Assembly: GCF_031769215.1 (NCBI RefSeq)
Contig: NW_026782137.1
Coordinates: 434,001-498,000, forward strand
Direction of reading: 5' to 3'
Length of the DNA stretch: 64,000 nt
Source of the DNA: Ylistrum balloti
Taxonomy: Eukaryota
Each line of letters starts with the position of its first letter. Positions within the stretch are counted from its first letter, which is position 1. The notes beneath the pieces were generated by a model. The model made no database searches and was not told the DNA's origin. It saw only the letters and a list, made by a program, of their open reading frames with translations. The position numbers and the translations under genes were made by a program. Below, one piece after another: positions 63,101 through 64,000 of the stretch.

Positions 63101-64000
63101 GACCATTCCAAACCCTTGTAAACCCTACTTAGATGTAAGAGACATTCTAGCAATTATAGATAGTTTAGTAGTGAAAGGAGAAGCTGTCATCATTCCTAAC
63201 TCTCTCAGAGCCGATAACAAAACTAGATTACACAAATCACATGTTGGACTAGATGCTACAATGAGGAGAGCAAGAGGTACAGTATAATGGCCTGCCATGA
63301 AAAGTGAAATCAAGCAGATGGTGGAAACTTGTGAGGCATGTCAGGAAATGGCAGCTCGATCCACAAAACTACCCATCAAACAAAATGATGATGGAGACAA
63401 GCCATGGAGCAAGATAGGCATGGATTTATTTGATATCAAAGGACGACAATATCTAGTAACTGTAGACTACTACAGCAACTACATAGAGGTTGATTACCTC
63501 TCGAACGTAATCTCGGCTGCTGTTGTGAACATACTGAAGAAGCAATTTGCTCGTTTTGGAATTCCAGTCACGATAATATCTGATGGAGGTCCACAAATTA
63601 CGGCAAGAGAATTCCAACAATTTACCAAAACATGGGGTATAAACCATGTGACGTCATCTCCTCAACATCAGCGTGCAAATGACAAGGCAGCTGTTAAAGT
63701 GATCTAATGTTGAAATGTCACAGAAACAGAGAGGACCGATATGAGGCATTGATGGAACTAAGGAAAGTGCCTAGACAAGATTCAGGACTCGGGCCAAATG
63801 AAATGATATTAGGTCGGCGAACACGCACACTTCTTCCAGACATAAGCCAGGCTCCTGAGGGAAATGACAAAGTAAAGGAGAAACGCGAGAGTCGAAAGAA
63901 AAGTTTCAAACGTTACTATGACAAGACTGCTCGTGATCTCCCATATATCTCTGAAAGACAGAATGTATACTTTCAGTACAAGGAACAAGTACGATGGATA
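60130..64000 (+). mobile_element. Degenerate Ty3/Gypsy LTR retrotransposon (gag-PR-RT-RH-INT), runs off the right edge
   Basis: Putative 5' LTR ends TCAACA at 60465 (start near 60130 uncertain), followed by PBS TGGTGGCAG (tRNA-Leu-like). Gag with zinc knuckles (CPAWGKTCSQCNGRNHF); protease FQLDCGADVNTI; RT KLDVKEAFWHIPL...IADDII; RNase H DSSKDGIGAV...YASRALT...NDHKPL; integrase H..H..CEAC, WSKIGMDLF, DYYSNY, SDGGPQ. Many stops, frameshifts and short deletions. Confidence 0.93.

Overview
AT-rich, intron-rich animal DNA, most likely a bivalve mollusc (inferred from the repeat families and the receptor type). No prokaryotic features and no CRISPR array. Host genes, rebuilt by hand from splice sites and reading phase: a C6orf62 orthologue (- strand, runs off the left edge); CZIB/C1orf123 (+, 7 coding exons, 160 aa); an ankyrin-repeat TRP channel (+, 22 coding exons, ~851 aa, one GC-AG intron); a Cys-rich family-B/adhesion-like GPCR (-, 2 large coding exons, ~1293 aa); and a disabled sulfotransferase. 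Main observations: (1) a 5.6-kb P-superfamily DNA transposon (3271-8893; perfect 17-bp TIRs, 7-bp TSD) sits between the divergent C6orf62 and CZIB 5' ends. It has lost most of its transposase but keeps an intact spliced gene for a 439-aa C2H2-finger protein, which appears to carry the C-terminal module the transposase lacks. (2) A young Penelope-like retroelement in a CZIB intron has a 14-bp TSD and a hammerhead ribozyme. (3) A TRIM-like mini-LTR unit has a tRNA-Thr-derived Pol III cassette inside its 151-bp LTR. The rest is decayed LINE, Naiad-type PLE, ISL2EU/Harbinger-like, HINE, SINE and MITE remnants, plus a degenerate Ty3/Gypsy element at the right edge. Family assignments come from motif recognition, not database searches.
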